Assembly (NCBI RefSeq): GCF_963921235.1
Contig: NC_086108.1
Location: 94,428,001-94,492,000, forward strand
Length of the DNA: 64,000 nucleotides
Direction of reading: 5' to 3'
Source of the DNA: Mobula hypostoma
Lineage: Eukaryota
The notes under the pieces were generated by a model. It was not told the origin of the DNA, ran no database searches, and saw only the letters and a list, made by a program, of their open reading frames with translations. This document shows positions 51,100 to 63,567 of this stretch, piece after piece. A program made the position numbers and the translations under genes. Each line of letters opens with the position of its first letter. The stretch's first letter is position 1.

Positions 51100-51705
51100 T
51101 TCTATCCAGGAAAGGCCCTTAAGGTTGTCATAGCTGGGGGGGGAGGGGGGAGTAGTGGGGATAAGTTCCCACTACCCATTAAATGCTCCCAATGGCATGC
51201 ATCTCAAATAGCCTCTGTCAACCAAATCTATCTCCTGGTCTTCACGAATGGCTTGGCCGCTAATCCCGATGGAACCATTTCTACTGATAAGAAAAGGGGC
51301 AAAGGCTGGTTATGGGTGCCTTAAAACCAGTCGCTTTGGGCAGATGGGGGCTCATCAACCGTGGCTGGCAGCTCATCTAGAAGGAAAACTCTGATCTTAA
51401 ACCTTTGCTGCCTTGCTGCTATTGTATTCCCGCTCATGGGGAAGGCTTCGGGAGTAAACCCCAAGGAAAAATCGGAGCTGGAATCCTGAAGGCAGTCCTA
51501 CGTTGAGTTCAGTGCTAACTGGCAACTCCTGTGATGCCGCTGGTGCTAAACTGTATTGGTCTCTGCCGTTCCTTTGGATTCATCGGGTGTGTGGAGAGGG
51601 GGAGCCTGCTTCATGGGCAACAGCTTACTTCCCCTATTGTGTTGCTCTGACTTGCATAGACAGCTAGGACACAACTTTCACGGCCAACCCTGATCAACAG
51701 AGTGG
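51100..51705 (+). mobile_element. Non-coding interspersed repeat, probably an internally deleted RTE-type LINE; partial second copy at 57575-57810 + 58228-58345
   Basis: Two collinear copies in the window. The 3' part resembles the RTE-like tail of the SINE at 21842-22020. No ORF. Confidence 0.55.
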
Positions 51706-53639
51706 CTACATATCCAGGAATAAAGTAGATTAACTTGCCTCAGACCTGAATCCAAATTAATAAATTACAAGGAAAACTAGAGTTGTGTTCTCTGGAATCT
51801 AGGAAGTTATGGAACAATTTTGAAGTTTTAGGATAGTAATAGATCAGATAGAGGACAAATAAAATATGCGAAAATAAGAAAAACTTCAAATGCTGAAATC
51901 TGAAATAAAAATGGAAAGTACTGGGAGAACTCAGTAGGTCAGGCAGTCTCTGCGGAAAGAGGAAGAGAATTACCATCTCAGGATTGAAGGTCCTTCCCGA
52001 GCAGTGGGATAACGAGGAAGCATTTCTGCCGATTAAAGAGTCTCGGACTAGAAGGTATTGTCTGTAATTAGAGACAGATCCAAAGAGTTAACAAATGCTT
52101 TCGCAAAAAAAAAGTGTTACTGCAGGTTGGAACTTACTTCCACAAACATCAGTTCATGTGAGAAATTTAGGAAATTGCGGATTCTGGAATCTGAGGCAAA
52201 AAAAAAACAAGCAGCTGCAGGAACTCAGTAGGCTGGGCAGCATCTGTAGTGTAAAGTGTGTGGCACATGAAACAGGTTAAGACCATCTGGATCATTTGTT
52301 ACTAGTAATTTTGGTTGGTCATAAATATGAGGAAAAGTTGAACTTTTCTCATATTTTCTCAAAGATTAACTGAGTAAGGTCACAGAACAGCTACAATCCA
52401 ATTAACTTATGGAAAATAGTTGAAGAGCCAATGGTTTTAATATATTTCTGAATTAGCTCCTACCAAAAAGTACAACGTATACTGATAATAACCATTAATG
52501 ATGGAAATACAGGGAAAATCTTGTAAAACATTTAATATTTAATCTTATGGTTATTATGCATTTGAGATATATAACTTGGGAAAAAGTACTTTCAACTATG
52601 AAAGTCCAGGAGCTGCTTATTAGGAGGATTTTATTTGAGGATTGGACATGAGCACCGTAAGCTTTACAGATTCAGCAGTAAGTGTTACTGTTGAGCAACT
52701 GATTAACTGTTCGCTTTAGGAACTCAGCAACAAAGGAGCAATAACAATGAGAGTTTTGAATTAAAAAAAAACAAAGACACTCGATAAAAGGACAATGAAC
52801 ACATTCATTGACAATTTTAGGAGCCTCCTTCCCTTTTCTTTTAAGAGCGCTACAGCACAATACAGGCACTTCATCCAACAATGTTGTGCCAACTTTTTAA
52901 TCTGCTCTAAGATCAATTAACCCTTCCCTCCTACATAGCCATCCATGTCCCAAGAGTTCCTTAAATGTCCCTATTGTATCTACCTAAACCACCACCTCTG
53001 GCATGCACCCACCACTCTCGGTGTAAAGAATTTACTTCTTACATCCCCTCCCTACGTTCCTCCAATCACATTAAAATTATGCCCCCTGTAATGCCAGAGT
53101 TAGATGGGAAAGGGAAAAAAAAATATTGTTTTCCATAATTAACCAAAAATCAGATTTAAAGAGAGAGAAAAAGCTAAAGCAAAACAAAAATTGCTGGAAA
53201 AACTTTACAGCTCAGACAGCATCAGTGGAAAGGCAACCAGATTCTGCCCATTTCCTTTCCAGTCCTGATGAAGGGTCTCAGCTGGTAACGTCAACTGTTT
53301 ATTTCCGTCCATAGATGCTGCCTGACCTGCTGAGTTCCTCCAGCATTCTGTGTGTGTTGCCCTGGGGTACAAAGGATGGGGTGGTTGGCTGAGAAATAAG
53401 GGGCACATTGGCTCGATGCAAGTCTTCCGTTAAACGGTCTTCCAACTGAAGTGTTAACTTTGTTCTACTTTCTACATCTGTTGTCTGTCGTGCTGACCAT
53501 TTCCAGTATGTTCTGTTTATTTTTGGATTTCCAGCACCTGGAGTCTTTTTTTTGGGGGGGGCGGGGTTGCAGAGAAAAAAAGGAAGTGACAGAAGTGTGT
53601 ATTCTGATGGTAAAGAATAGGCTTCTTCTTAGGTAGTCT

Positions 53640-54650
53640 CTTGGTGTCTTTTGGTCTTGGTCTCCTGGTTCAAAGTTCAAAATAAATTTATTATCAAACT
53701 ACATAAATGTCACTATACATTACCCTGAGATTTATTTTCCTGCGGGCATACTCTGTAAATCTAAGAACTATAAAAGAATCAATGAAAGACTTTACCAACG
53801 TGGTAGATAGACAACAATGTGCAAAAGACAACAAACTGAGCAAATACTAAATAAAACAAATAATTATAATAAATAAGCAGTGAATATTAAGAACATTAAG
53901 ATGAAGGTTCCTTGAAAGTGAGTCCTTTGGTTGAGGGAACAGTTCAGTAAGGGGGCAAGTGAAGTTGAGTGAATTATCCCCACTGATTCAAGAGCCTGAA
54001 GGTTGAGGGGGTAATAACTGTTCCTGAACCTAGTGATGTGAAGCCTGAGGCTTTTGTATCTTCTTCCTGATGGCAGCGGTGAGGAGAGAGCAGGACGTGG
54101 GTGTTAAGAGTCTCTGATGATGAATGCAGCTTTGCTGTGACAACATCCATGAAGATGTGCTCAATGGCAGGGAGGGCTTTCCCTGTGATGGACCTCTACT
54201 TTTTGCAGGAATTTCCATTCAAGCACACTAGCGTTTCCATACCAGGCTGTGATGCAGCAGGTCAATATACTCTCCACCAGATATCTATAAAAGTTTGTCA
54301 AATTTTAGACGTCATGCTAAATGTTCATGAACTTCTAAGAAAGTAGAAGTTCTGCTGTGCTTTCTTTGTAATTGCACTTACCTGCTGGGTCCGGGACAGG
54401 TCCTCTGAAATAGTAACACCGAGGAATTTACCTCTCCACCTCTGATCCCCTAATGAGGACTGGCTCATTGACCTCAGTTTCTTCCTCCTGAAGCCAATAA
54501 TTATCTCCTTGGTCTTGCTGACATTGAGAGAGAGGATATTGTAGTGGCACCACTCAGCCAGATTTTCAATCTCCCTGATGAGTCGTCACCACCGCTGATT
54601 CGGCCAACAACAGTGGTGTCACCAGCAAATCTAAGTTTAGCATTTGAGCT
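53640..54650 (-). mobile_element. Rex1/Babar-type LINE 3' fragment; shorter copy of the same family at 57815-58225
   Basis: RFAGDTTVVGRI; both copies share the 3'UTR and an AATAAA-(CCAAGA)n-like tail. Confidence 0.8.
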
Positions 54651-55422
54651 GTGGGTTTTGAGGTGACTGATAAGTTCAATCCAGACTGCCAAGAGATGAG
54701 ATAGGGTGATCCATCAATTCGCTGACTGCAAACTATTTGCACTTGTCAATGAATGATTGCAGAGCAGATTGAAGGCACAGGGTATGCACCCATGTCAGTA
54801 CCAAAAACTTAGGTGCAAAGAGGAACGAGCATAGGAAGCTTGGAAAAAGTTTAACTTGGGATCTCAAAGGTAGCATTATCCAAGTAATTACTGGTAACGT
54901 GTGTGAGTGGATACAAAATAGGAAGATAAAGCAGATGAATGCAGGGCTAAAGGGATGGTGTGGGGAGAAAGGTCTTTTGACCCCTAAGCCAGATGGATGG
55001 CACCATGACAGGGTGAAGTCTTCACTGTGGTGTTTTTAATGCCATTGGGAAAGACTTTGGTGGTGTAAGTGTGGAATGAGCTGCCAGCAGAACTGATGGA
55101 TGTGGATGTGGGTTCTATTGCAATAGTTAAGAGACGCTTGGAATAGTACATAGATGGAAGGGGTATGGAGCATTGTGGTTCAGGTGCGGGTCAATAGGAC
55201 TAGGCAGAGTAACAGTTCCATGTGGACTAGATGGCCTGAAGGGTCTGCTTCTGTGCTGTAGTGCTGTGATATTATGACAAGGGTAGAATCTAAAGATAGG
55301 TAAGTATAGCTAAGTATAGAAGAAAGGATTCCAAGGAATAGGTATTTTGGGAGGCCAACAGAAGACTGTATACAGGAGCATTGACAGAGGTATTCATTAC
55401 TAAACTGTATTGGGAATCATTG

Positions 55423-57557
55423 AAAACGCAAACACGAGGAATTCTGCAGATGCTGGAAATTCAAGCAACACACATCAAAGTTGCTGGTGAATGCAGCAGG
55501 CCAGGCAGCATCTCTAGGAAGAGGTACAGTCGACGTTACGGGCCGAGACCCTTCATCAGGACTAACTGAAGGAAGAGCGAGTAAGAGATTTGAAAGTGGG
55601 AGGGGGAGGGGGAGATCCAAAATGATAGGAGAAGACAGGAGGGGTAGGGATGGAGCCAAGAGCTGGACAGGTGATTGGCAAAAGGGGATACGAGAGGACC
55701 ATGGGACAGGAGGCCCAGGGAGAAGGAAAAGGGGGAGGTGGGGGGAAAAGCCCAGAGGATTGGCAAGGGGTATAATCAGAGGGACAGAGGGAGAAAAAGG
55801 AGAGTGAGAGAAAGAATGTGCGTATATAAATAATGGATGGGGTGCGAGGGGGAGGTGGGGCATTAGCGGAAGTTAGAGAATTCCATGTTCATGCCATCAG
55901 GTTGGAGGCTACCCAGACGGAATATAAGGTGTTGTTCCTCCAACCTGAGTGTGGCTTCATCTTTACAGTAGAGGAGGCTGTGGATAGACATGTCAGAATG
56001 GGAATGGGATGTGGAATTAAAATGTGTGGCCACTGGGAGATCCTGCTTTCTCTGGTGGACAGAGCATAGGTGTTCAGCAAAACAGTCTCCCAGTCTACGT
56101 CGGGTCTCGCCAATATATAGAAGGCCACATCGGGAACACCGGACGCAGTATATCACCCCAGCTGACTCACAGGTGAAGTGTCATCTCACCTGGAAGGACT
56201 GTCTGGGGCCCTGAATGGTGGTAAGGGAGGAAGTGTAAGGACATGTGTAGCACTTGTTCCGCTTACAAGGATTAGTGCCAGGAGGGAGATCAGTGGGGAG
56301 GGATGGGGGGACGAATGGACAAGGGAGTCGTGTAGGGAGCGATCCTTGCAGAAAGCGGGGGGGGGGGGGAGGGAAAGATGTGCTTAGTGGTGGGATCCCG
56401 TTGGAGGCGGCGGAAGTTACGGAGAATAATATGTTGGACCCGGAGGCTGGTGGGGTGGTAGGTGAGGACCAGGGGAACCCTATTCCTAGTGGGGTCACGT
56501 ACATCTGCTCTCACTCCATCCTCCCACCACCCCACTAGGAATAGGGTTCCCCTGGTCCTCACCTACCACCCCACCAGCCTCCGGGTCCAACATATTATTC
56601 TCCGTAACTTCCGCCGCCTCCAACGGGATCCCACCACTAAGCACATCTTTCCCTCCCCCCCCCCGCTTTCCACAGGGATTACTCCCTACGCGACTCCCTT
56701 GTCCATTTGTTCCCCCCATCCCTCCCCACTGATATCCCTCCTGGCACTTAGCCTTGTAAGCGGAACAAGTGCTACACATGCCCTTACACTTCCTCCCTTA
56801 CCACCATTCAGGGCCCCAGACAGTCCTTCCAGGTGAGGCGACACTTCACCTGTGAGTCAGCTGGGGTGATATACTGCGTCCGGTGCTCCCGATGTGGCCT
56901 TCTATATATTGGCAAGACCCGACGCAGACTGGGAGACTGCTTTGCTGAACACCTACGCTCTGTCCGCCAGAGAAAGCAGGATCTCCCAGTGGACACACAT
57001 TTTAATTCCACATCCCATTCCCATTCTGACATGTCTATCCACGGCCTCCTCTACTGTCAAGATGAAGCCACACTCATGTTGGAGGAACAACACCTTATAT
57101 TCCGTCCGGGTAGCCTCCAACCTGATGGCATGAACATCGACTCCTCTAACTTCCGCTAATGCCCCACCTCCCCCTTGTACCCCATCCGTTATTTATTTAT
57201 ATACACACATTCTTTCTCTCACTTTCCTTTTTCTCCCTCTGTCCCTCTGACTATACCCCTTGCCCATCCTCTGGGCTTTTCCTCCCCTCCCCCTTTTCTT
57301 TCTCCCTGGGCCTCCCATCCCATGACCCTCTCATATCCCTTTTGCCAATCACCCGTCCAGCACTTGGCTCCATCCCTCCCCCTCCTGTCTTCTCCTATCA
57401 TTTTGGATCTCGCCCTCCCCCTCCCACTTTCAAATCCCTTACTCACTCTTCCTTCAGTTAGTCCTGACGAAGGGTCTCGGCCTGAAACGTCGACTGTACC
57501 TCTTCCTACAGATGCTGCCTGGCCTGCTGCATTCACCAGCAACTTTGATGTGTGTTG
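55423..57557. mobile_element. Inverted (head-to-head) pair of Penelope 3' halves forming a 2.1-kb palindrome
   Basis: Arms 55466-56495 (-) and 56529-57557 (+) with a 33-nt spacer. GIY-YIG ORFs at 55863-56156 (-) and 56833-57159 (+). TSD TTGGGAATCATTG (55410-55422) / TTGGGAATCTTTG (57558-57570). Confidence 0.92.
57460..57495 (+). ncRNA. Minimal type I hammerhead ribozyme, fully intact motif
   Basis: AGTC-CTGACGA-AGG gtctcgg CCT-GAAA-C-GTC^GACT. The mirror copy at 55528-55563 (-) has GAAA changed to GTAA. Confidence 0.8.
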
Positions 57558-58698
57558 TTGGGAATCTTTGGGTAGATCAGGCTCATCAGCTGTGGTTGGT
57601 GGCTCGTCTAGAAGGAAAACTGGTCTTAAACCTCTGCTGCCTTGTGGCTATACCCATTCACAGGGAAGGCTGTGGGAATAAACCATGAGGAAAAGTCTGG
57701 AGCTGGAATCCCTAAGCCAGTCCTATGATGAGTTCAACTCTGACTGGCAACTCCTGTGACGCTGCTGGTACTAGACTGTATTAGATTCTGCCATTCCTTT
57801 GGATCCAAGACGCACCTTGGTGTCTTTTGGTCTTGGACTCTTGGTTTAAAGTTCAAAATAAACTTATTATCTAAGTATATATATGTCACCATATGGAGCC
57901 CTGAGATTCATTTTCTTGCAGGCGTACTCTGTAATCTAAGAACTATAATAGAATAAATGAAAGACTACACCAAAATGGCAGATAAACAATGTGCAAAAGA
58001 TAACAAAAAGCAAATACTAAAAACAGAAATAATAATAAGCAATGAGTATCAAAAACATAAGATGAAGATTCCTTGAAAGTGAGTCCAGAGGTTGTGGGAA
58101 CAGTTCAGTAATGTGGTGAGTGAATTATCCCCACTGATTCGAGGGCCTGATGGTTGAGGGGGTAATAACTGTTCCTGAACCTGGTGATGTGAGTCCTGAG
58201 GCTTTTGTACCTTCTTCCTGATGGATGGGGTGAGCCTGCTGCAGGGCAACAGCTTGTTCTCCATGTTGTACTGCCCTGGCTCATGTATCGCCACGTAGGG
58301 ATCCAGGACAAAATATCCATGGTCGACACCGACCAGTGGAGGGCCTCATTGAGCATAAGATTACACGACCAAATAGAATACGGAAAAAGAACAGAAGATG
58401 AAATTAAAGACTATCTAACCAAATGCACCCAGCATTCAGATCACGATAGGTGAGGTGGTGCCGCAAACAGAAATATAGAAATGGATATAGTCCGGGAGAC
58501 TTAATGGAGTCAAGGTTGTGAACAGGGGCATTTGTTATTTCGGAGCAAATGAAGTAGCTCTGTTAGTGAAGGATGACATCACTGCAGAGGCTGAAGATGT
58601 GGAATCAGATTGGGTGGAGATAAAAATTAACAAGGAGATGAGTCACTAGCTGGATTAGCATACAGGCACTCCAAATGTTGCCATACTCTAGGACAAAG

Positions 58699-59020
58699 AT
58701 CAGAGATTCTGCAGTTGCTAGGAACCCACAGTAACACACACACACACACACACAAGATACTGGAAGAACTCAGCAGGTCAGGCGGCATCTATGGAAAGAA
58801 ATAAGTTGTTGACATTTTGGGACGAGACCCTTCATCGGGACAGCTAACTGTCCTCGTAGGCCTATTGTTTTTGCCAGCTCCTGCCCTTCTGAACTCGTGT
58901 CCATTTTCAGTCCCTTCCCACTTCAATCCTGACGAAGGGTTTCCGCCCGAAACATCAACTCCTTATTCCTTTCTGAAGATGCTGCCTGACCCGATGAGTT
59001 CCTGCAGCATTTTGTGCGTG
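58699..59020. mobile_element. Fold-back mini-element of two inverted Penelope 3' ends, inserted in an old CR1 endonuclease remnant
   Basis: Hammerhead-like motifs at ~58807-58842 (-) and 58925-58960 (+). TSD-like ATACTCTAGGACAAAG (58683-58698) / ATACTCTAAGAAAAAG (59021-59036). Confidence 0.75.
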
Positions 59021-59924
59021 ATACTCTAAGAAAAAGTGTAAATCAAAATTAATGAGGATTTGTAAGAAGGATCTGCAGTAATTATACAGGATTTTAACTG
59101 GACAAATCAAATTGATAACAAAAGCTTTCATGACAAGTTCACAGACCACTCATTCTTCCAGAGGAACTGCATTTTTTCAGCCAATAAATAGGGACTGCAA
59201 CAATCAGTAACTAACAGTACGTTACAAAGCCTGACATGAAAAAATTGATAGATTATAACATCAATTAATGAATGGAATTGATAACCTTGTTTCTCATATA
59301 AATAAAACTCATTGTATTAGAATCAAGATTCAAGATCTGTTTTCCCCAAAAGAGATTCTATAAATCATAAGGGAGAATGGATTATATCTTTAAGAGCTTA
59401 CTATACAAAATTTTGAAAGAAAAAATATTTACAAATTACATCCGTAAAATATTTGCTTCTTTAAGTTCCAGAGAATGTAGACTCAAACAGATGCTTAAAC
59501 AATAGAAAGGAGCATGAGTTTCCGTTCATTCAAGTTCCAGGTCATCGCTCAAATTCATTTCCCAAAATAAATGCTTTGCAACGCTGACAACTTGGTTGTA
59601 AACTCCACAAATTGTCAACTGTACTTTTTTTCTCCTGATGCTGCCTGGCCTGTTGAAATAGTATGAATCTTAATTTTAACCAATAAGTTCTGGAGGTAAA
59701 AAGACTACAGAACACATTATATGATGCTATCAATGTTGTGTTAAGACTACAGAAGCAATAAAGATTGGTGAGCAATTGGTTATGATTCTCTACCAGCTGG
59801 AAATTACTAAACCAAAAGTTGATAACTTCCTTCTTAAAAAAAATTAGATCAGAGAGCCATACAGTATAGAAGCAGACCCTGCAGCTCACCAAATCTATGC
59901 TAAACATCAGGACTCATTTTACAC

Positions 59925-60310
59925 AATCAGAATCAGTTCCAGGTTTAATATCATGGGCATACATTGTGAAATTTGTTTTCTTTGCAGAAGCAGCGGTGCA
60001 ATGCAATACATAATGATAGAGAACAAACTGAATTACAGTAAGTATATATATTAAATAAATCGTGAAAAAAAGTGTAGTTGTGTTCATGGTTCAACATCCT
60101 TTCAGAAATCTGATGGCTGAGGGGGAAGAAGTTGTCCCTGAATCGTTGAATGTGTGCCTTCACACTTCTATACCTCCTTCCTGATGGTAGCAATGAAAAG
60201 AGGGCATATCCTGGGTGATGGGGGTCCTTAATAATGGTCCTTTTTGAGGCATCACACCTTGGAGATGTCCTGGATACTATGGAGGCTAGTGTCCATGATG
60301 GAGCCCATAC
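59925..60310 (-). mobile_element. Rex1/Babar-type LINE 3' end
   Basis: LPSGRRYRSVKAHIQRFRDNFFP followed by a (TCTGAT)n-like tail. Confidence 0.8.
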
Positions 60311-61997
60311 TTTACTCTCCTATGTACCATTAACTCATTCAATCCACCACTTGCCTACACACACGGGACAATTTATAGAGCTCAATTCACATACCAACAC
60401 ACGTATCTTTGGGACGCAGGAGGAAACCAGAGAAAGTAGAAGAAATCCACATGCTCACGCTGATAACATGCAATTGCCACGCTAAGAGCGCCAGAGGTCA
60501 GAATTGAACCTGTATTGTTGGGGCTGAGAGGCAACTGCTTGTGGCATTGTCCCTCGGCTCTAACAATACAGATTCAATTAATAATGGTTTTAGACAATTA
60601 CTCAATACTGTCATAAGATTACATTTATCCTGGCCTCATCCAGGCTGATTATTTCAATGTTTTTTTGAAGGGGCTCCAATATGGAATGACTTTCTCAGTT
60701 GAGATTTTAAACTGAGACTTTGTCTTCTGGCTGTGCTGAAATGTATTTTAATAGAATCCAAAGTAGTACAGGGAAGTTCTCATGGAGATAGATATTGCAA
60801 ATCTGGAGCGACACACAATTCTCCTGTTTTCCTGGTCAAATTCTTCCCCTCAGTCATCAAAAGCAGATGCCGTAAGTTGTCATTGATTCTTTATTATAGT
60901 GGGTATCACTGGAAAATCTAAGTGCATTCCTCATTACACTTAAACTGAGTGATTTATTAGGTTATTTCTGTTCAGAGTCAACTATATTGTTTTGGGATTT
61001 TGAGTCACACATGTTTGATTTATAGAAATAATGAAAAGTTTCTAAATATCAAAAAAAAACACTATAAAGAGCAGTGAACAGTAAAAATCTAAAGCAAATC
61101 AATATTTGATTTGATATCAACCTACCACTCTTTATCTTTAAAACTTCAATTCATAGGTACACTGTTATGCAGTTTTATTAGAAGATCGGCTGGTAGGTTG
61201 TTCCAAGCATCTTGGTGAATCTGGCACAGTTCTAGACTTTTGCATAATATTTTATTAACCTCTGCTTTAAATATACCTGATGACTTGGCCCCCCAGCTGT
61301 CTGTCTCTTTCTAAAGGGATATCATTCAACCCCGAGGCTGTGCCCTCTGGTCCTAGACTCTAGTAATGAAACATCTTCTCCACTTCCACTCCATGCAAAC
61401 CTTTCAATATTTGTCAGCTTTCAATGAGATCACCCCTCATTCTTCTCGGATATTTTCAGAACTTGGGAAATTTTAGATGATTATTATGAAGCCACTGCTT
61501 TTTGTCACTTCAGTTAAGTCCCTGGGACGCAATTATCAGGTCCAGAGGATTTGTCATTTCAAGTTATTTCTTACCAAGTATTTAAATGAACACCTACAGT
61601 GTTACAAGTTATAGAACAAAGGCTAATGAGCTGCTGTAGGATTAGTTCTAATATCTTTGTGACTGGCATGAACAGAGTTGGCTGACTTTTTGAAGGTACA
61701 GTTCTACAAATTAACTTACTAACACCATAGCTGGCATCAGACAGGACCCAAGTTGCTTTCATCAATCAATTAACTTCCAGAGAAGGTCTGAAATAGTTGC
61801 AGAATGCATCAGAGTTAAGCTGGTCATTTGCTAGGAATTTGCACAGTGTTGGACGATTTCCACAAATCAATCAGAATTTTCAAAAGGAGATTGGCCAATT
61901 TTTGGAATGCTCTCTGCAATCCTCAATGGCTGTAATACGGTAGCAAAAGACAAAAAAAATACAAAATGTTTTACATTTTTTAATAAAAACCTGTCTT

Positions 61998-62003
61998 TTT
62001 ATT
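61998..62003 (-). terminator. Candidate DR1 polyadenylation signal
   Basis: AATAAA on the minus strand ~1 kb after the stop codon, ATTAAA at 61979-61984 and a downstream U/GU-rich tract (TTTTGTATTTTTTTTGTCTTTTG). Confidence 0.55.
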
Positions 62004-63004
62004 GCTAAGAGAAACAGCACATGAAAAATGTAAGAACAATAAGCACCATGGAAGTTATGTATTAACCAGCACAATCAACTTTGCAATGCAGATTTTAAAA
62101 AAACATACACTCCACAATGGAAACCTTCCACAGATGTAGCAAGGTGAAAACTACCAATCCCAAAATTATTAACAGTTGTGTATATTTGTTAAAGAACATG
62201 AAGCATTACGTACAAAAACAATTCAAACATTTCAACAGCAGTTAACATGCATTCTTCACTTGCCATTCTTTCCAATACCAAATTTACTCTGGTAATGTAA
62301 CTGCTGCAAAAACGTGTTTTGTTTTCAACCCTTCTGGAAAAGAGAGCTTACATTACAACTAGGAGTTAAAACTAACCATGAAGCAAGGACATATGCCACG
62401 TAAAATTAAGACTAAATAGCCTACTATTGATCTGATGGTTTTATCAAAGTTAATAATGTTACTCTTTAAAATTCTGTCAACTCCGTCAGACTCATTTAAA
62501 AAAAAAATGAACCAAGGGTAGGTAAACTTTTTTTTAAAGACAGTTTCACCCCAGTTACAAGTCGCACATTAAAAAACATTTCAATTGCAAACTTAAATAA
62601 GCCACAATAAATTTGCTTTCAGTATTAAACAGTAGGAGAGCAACTGGTTACACAAACTGAAGCATTAATTGTCAATTCACGAGCATTAACAATACTGATT
62701 TTCAGAAAGATGCAAGAAACAGGCTGTGGAGCGTTTAAAGTACTGCATTGATTTGATGCTCCCAATTCTGATTGCCCGTTGTGTAAATATAATATTCTGA
62801 AAACTTCCAATCCTGTGCACTTCCACACATGATGTAAGTGATTGGTTGTTACACATGAAAACTCATGACAGTTGTAACTTGACCAATGACCCTCTGACAC
62901 CAGTCTGCAAAGTTGTGAATGAAGCTGAAAGTTGCAGACAGGCCAGGTCATTGTTAATGTGCGGTAAAAGGACATCTGTGTAAAAGTAAATTTGCTGGTT
63001 AAGT

Positions 63005-63154
63005 TTAAACATCATCCTCTTCATCTTCGTCTTGCGATGATCCTGCTTTGTTGAGTGGATTGGACGTGGCTGATGCTGCTAATTGTGCTTGCTGAGCAGC
63101 TTGCTGCATCTGTAACCACTCCTGCTGGGCTAATTCTGCCTGCTGCTGTCTGGC
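63005..63154 (-). CDS. DR1: Down-regulator of transcription 1 (NC2-beta), last coding exon
   Basis: Acceptor TTTTTTTTAAAATTCCAG|GCC, phase 0. Encodes ARQQQAELAQQEWLQMQQAAQQAQLAASATSNPLNKAGSSQDEDEEDDV*, matching the QA-rich and acidic C-terminus of vertebrate DR1. Confidence 0.95.
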   Translation of the reverse strand, partial: ARQQQAELAQQEWLQMQQAAQQAQLAASATSNPLNKAGSSQDEDEEDDV

Positions 63155-63567
63155 CTGGAATTTTAAAAAAAAGGACATCTGTAAATACTTTCCATAGTAA
63201 CCTGGTGATCTGCCAAATGACTGAAGGTCATACTGACAGAAGGACAACATCATAATCCTGCAATGATCTAGCTGATCAGATTTCAATACATAATGGAAGA
63301 GTCCACAAAGGCAGATTGAAACCAAATGAGACAGCACTCGAGGCCAAAACAGGAAAACACCTACACTCAAAGAGTTTGGGAAACTACAATTATGCTTAAG
63401 AATACCATGGCAGTAATATTTATTAACACCTGGTATCACTTGCTTTTCTATTTTCCATAGAATTAGGTTTATCTTCAGGTAGAAACGACATGCTAAAATC
63501 CATAATAGTTAAAAGAAACAAACATAATGTTTGCAGAATAAAATATTGCTATTATTTTTATTTAGAG

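Noticed and set aside
53640..58225. Direct repeats 53640-54070 and 57815-58225 flanking the palindrome, as LTRs of a composite element
   Set aside because: Both are 3' ends of one LINE family with simple-repeat tails. They lack TG..CA termini and a shared TSD, and the second copy interrupts another repeat.
63155..63439. N-terminal 95 aa of the 144-aa ORF 63005-63439
   Set aside because: Intronic read-through. DR1 similarity starts exactly after the polypyrimidine-CAG acceptor at 63155.
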